NCBI GenBank assembly: GCA_047495785.1
Contig: JBLDXI010000021.1
Location: forward strand, 1,364,001-1,428,000
DNA length: 64,000 bases
Origin: Lepidodermella squamata
Lineage: Eukaryota; Animalia; Gastrotricha
Direction of reading: 5' to 3'
The stretch's first letter is position 1, and each line of letters opens with the position of its first letter. Under the pieces are notes generated by a model. It saw only the letters and a list, made by a program, of their open reading frames with translations, was not told the DNA's origin and searched no databases. Below, piece by piece: positions 61,452 to 64,000 of the stretch. Position numbers and translations under genes: made by a program.

Positions 61452-63529
61452 ATGAATTCGCCTAGCCGTTCGAGGTCGAGGTCGAAATCAAAACAACCTT
61501 CCAGTCACTCTCATCATCGTTCACCCGATCGATCGCGCCACCGTACACGTCGCCGGTCGCGTTCAGCCTCGCGTCAGCGATATTCACGGTCGAATTCATC
61601 GCGGCGGCGTTATTCGAGGTCTAACTCATCACGGCGGCATCATTCAAGGTCAAGGTCGCGTCGGCGTTATTCAAGGTCAAGGTCACGTCGGCGTTATGCA
61701 AGGTCAAGGTCGCGTCAGCAACATTCCCGTTCGCGATCTGATTCCAGCTCACGATATGAGGCACGTAGCGGCTATAACCAACAGTCTCAGCGCCATGACG
61801 CAAGAAATAAAGGTACTTTTTCATGACGATTTCTTAGCCATTTCCGACTTCACATTTCAGGTTCACTCTTTTTAAAAGGCATAGAAAACCGCAGCCTATC
61901 AGTCTTATTCTGCCTCCCGCCAGTTAGATTTATGTTTTTATTGAGCCTTGAATTTTACAATTTTAGAAAATTTCAATTTTTTCTATTTTTTGCATTTTCG
62001 AACACCTAGATGCGCAACGGTCGCAGATCCACACTCACGTGAATCCACCTCATTCAAGCGTGACGAACAACCAGTCAAACAAACCAAGCAACGACCGTGG
62101 TAAGAAATCCGATAGCTATCATGAACCATCAAGTCAGTCTGCAAGTGTAACCGTTAATCCACCCGAAGTAAATTTGGATGAAGCTGACATCGGTATTTTT
62201 TAATAATTCTATTTCTTAATTAATTTCTAATTACCATAAATTTTTGAAAAATAGATGCGCCTCAATCACAGCATTTATTGCCACTTCCAAACTCGGCCGA
62301 AAGAGCTCGGCAAGCTAATTCCTCCAGATCAGAAAGAAACGAACAGCCTTCCCAGCGTGACGAATCACGATCGGACAACGAGCAACAAGAAAGTGATGAA
62401 ATATCTGTTTACAACACTGGTCACAGTCAACCTGGTTACAGGCCCCGACGTCTAATTGCCGAGAAAAACGGATGGGAAGAAAATCGCGATGAAGAAACAG
62501 AATCAATTCCTGATGGTCAACCTGAAAATCTAAGCGACGAAGACGAAGACCTCTCAAGTCAAAATGGCGAGGATGAAAATGCTGATGAGATCATAGCCCG
62601 GTAAGAAGCCTATTCAGCATTTTTTGCATATTTTATGGCTGATTTTCTCTGCATCAGGCAACTGCCGAAACTTGTTGCTGATTTCGCCGCAAGAGATCCT
62701 GCTGAGCGTATGTTTTTTTTATATGATTGATTAAATATATATTCTCTCTTTATAGTAGTTCACGTCGGTGAAATTGCCCCGGTGCTGAGGGCACTTGAGC
62801 AATATGTTTCCATCGGTAAATATATCTTTTTAAAATAATATTAGCTTACTCCTTAAATGTGTTTATCTTTAGGTGCTCCGTTGAAAACCGGTGAAAATAA
62901 AAAGGTCAAGGTAGGCAAATTTGGCCTGTTAGACGCCTCGGTTTGCAGTGCAGCGAAAAACGTCGGAGGGGCTGATGGCATCGCGTCAATAATGACAAAA
63001 GCATTGGATCAGGTCATTCCGCAAAATCAATTGGCTTACAAGACCCTCAACGGTCAAGTTCTTGGGGAGGGACGTACAGTCTTTCCCAAAATGAAACTCG
63101 ACGCGAGTCGAGTGGAAGCTTGCTGGGGTAAGAATGGTTTCGATCGATTTCAGCTTAGAAATTCCAACTTTAACAATACCGTAGATTTACCGTAGAAATG
63201 GTATCAGTAACAAAATTGTAATTTCAATTAAAATTTTCTGAGTTATATTTTATCGCATTTCGACAGGTCTTGCTGCCAACTACTTCCAATTCGAGGAGCG
63301 TCCCAACGGTACCTTGCGCCCCTCAAAGGCGGTTGAGAAGTTGGTCAATGTTAAGATCCAAAGCTGGCTTCAGACCAAGAGAAACAAGGCCGAGTATGAC
63401 GCAATTAGGCGTCGAATTGTCAGTGAACACAAAGCGGCGGTGGCTCAAAACAAGAAGGATCAAAGCACTAGCCGAGAACCCGGAGCTTCCGGAGTCTCCA
63501 AGCAACCGGCGGCCAAAAAGAATAAATGA
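61452..63529 (+). CDS. Transposon accessory gene with an RS-rich N-terminus, acidic linker and C-terminal BEN-like domain
   Basis: Seven phase-consistent exons: 61452-61812, 62010-62192, 62255-62600, 62658-62707, 62756-62815, 62873-63127, 63267-63529. C-terminus ALDQVIPQNQLAYKTLNG...KLDASRVEACW...KIQSWL fits the BEN pattern as recalled. Confidence 0.75.
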
Positions 63530-64000
63530 AGCACTGTCAGCATTAATCAAACTTTCTATCGATCAATATCCAAATTTAACTGTTGTTGTTGATTTTTATA
63601 TGTATTTCAAAATGATGTAAAATTAAAGTCGGTGATAAGTATATAAATAAAACTAGGCTCTGTTTCATTTTTCTTTTATCTTTCTTCGATATATGGCACG
63701 CAGGTTAAATGAACTAATGAAGTCCAGTCAAATAATTAGCAAACCACATAGGCCGAATTCGCTGCGGCTAAATCTTCGGCCAAATTTATCTTTTCGCCAA
63801 ATTTTTCGCCTTTCCTTTGGACGAAAACTATGCAAAGCTGAAAAGCCTTCTGGCGAAATTTTGGTCTAAATTTGATGTTCGACCGCTTGGCCGAAATTTT
63901 CGAGTAAAACTTTTGGACAGTTTGGGGGTATCAAATAAACAGCCGAAACATTAAGCCGAGATTTTGGTCTTAAATTTCCGTCTGGGATGCTTCCAGTCAC

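Larger units (their letters stand above)
57390..63986. mobile_element. Complete CMC/EnSpm (CACTA-type) DNA transposon, 6597 bp, with two divergent genes
   Basis: 14-bp TIR CCCAGACGGAAATT / AATTTCCGTCTGGG, 2-bp AT TSD, GGCCRA subterminal repeats at both ends, intact transposase. Confidence 0.92.

Overview
This is eukaryotic, animal-type genomic DNA with short GT-AG introns (mostly 45-60 bp); the taxon cannot be assigned from the sequence. The left 33 kb holds a disabled CFAP47-like gene, a Penelope fragment with a minimal hammerhead ribozyme, a LINE remnant, many MITEs, a two-exon P-loop ATPase gene and a complete young Ty3/Gypsy LTR element (12051-18832). The middle holds a Pknox/Prep TALE homeobox gene and five tightly packed minus-strand genes (ZER1-like, mTERF-like, GALC, ADAL, LamG+PAN secreted protein). 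The right part holds a Torso/RET-like receptor kinase, a kringle protein gene and a complete CMC/EnSpm DNA transposon (57390-63986) with a 7-exon RS+BEN accessory gene. The strongest novelty candidate is the Gypsy element: it has a third ORF of four CCHC zinc knuckles, and about 27 sense-strand AGGTTG motifs across its transcript, suggesting a self-encoded RNA-binding protein and its target sites. Other candidates are a trans-spliced operon, the RS+BEN transposon gene and a possibly horizontally acquired ATPase. Protein family calls come from recalled motifs, not database searches.
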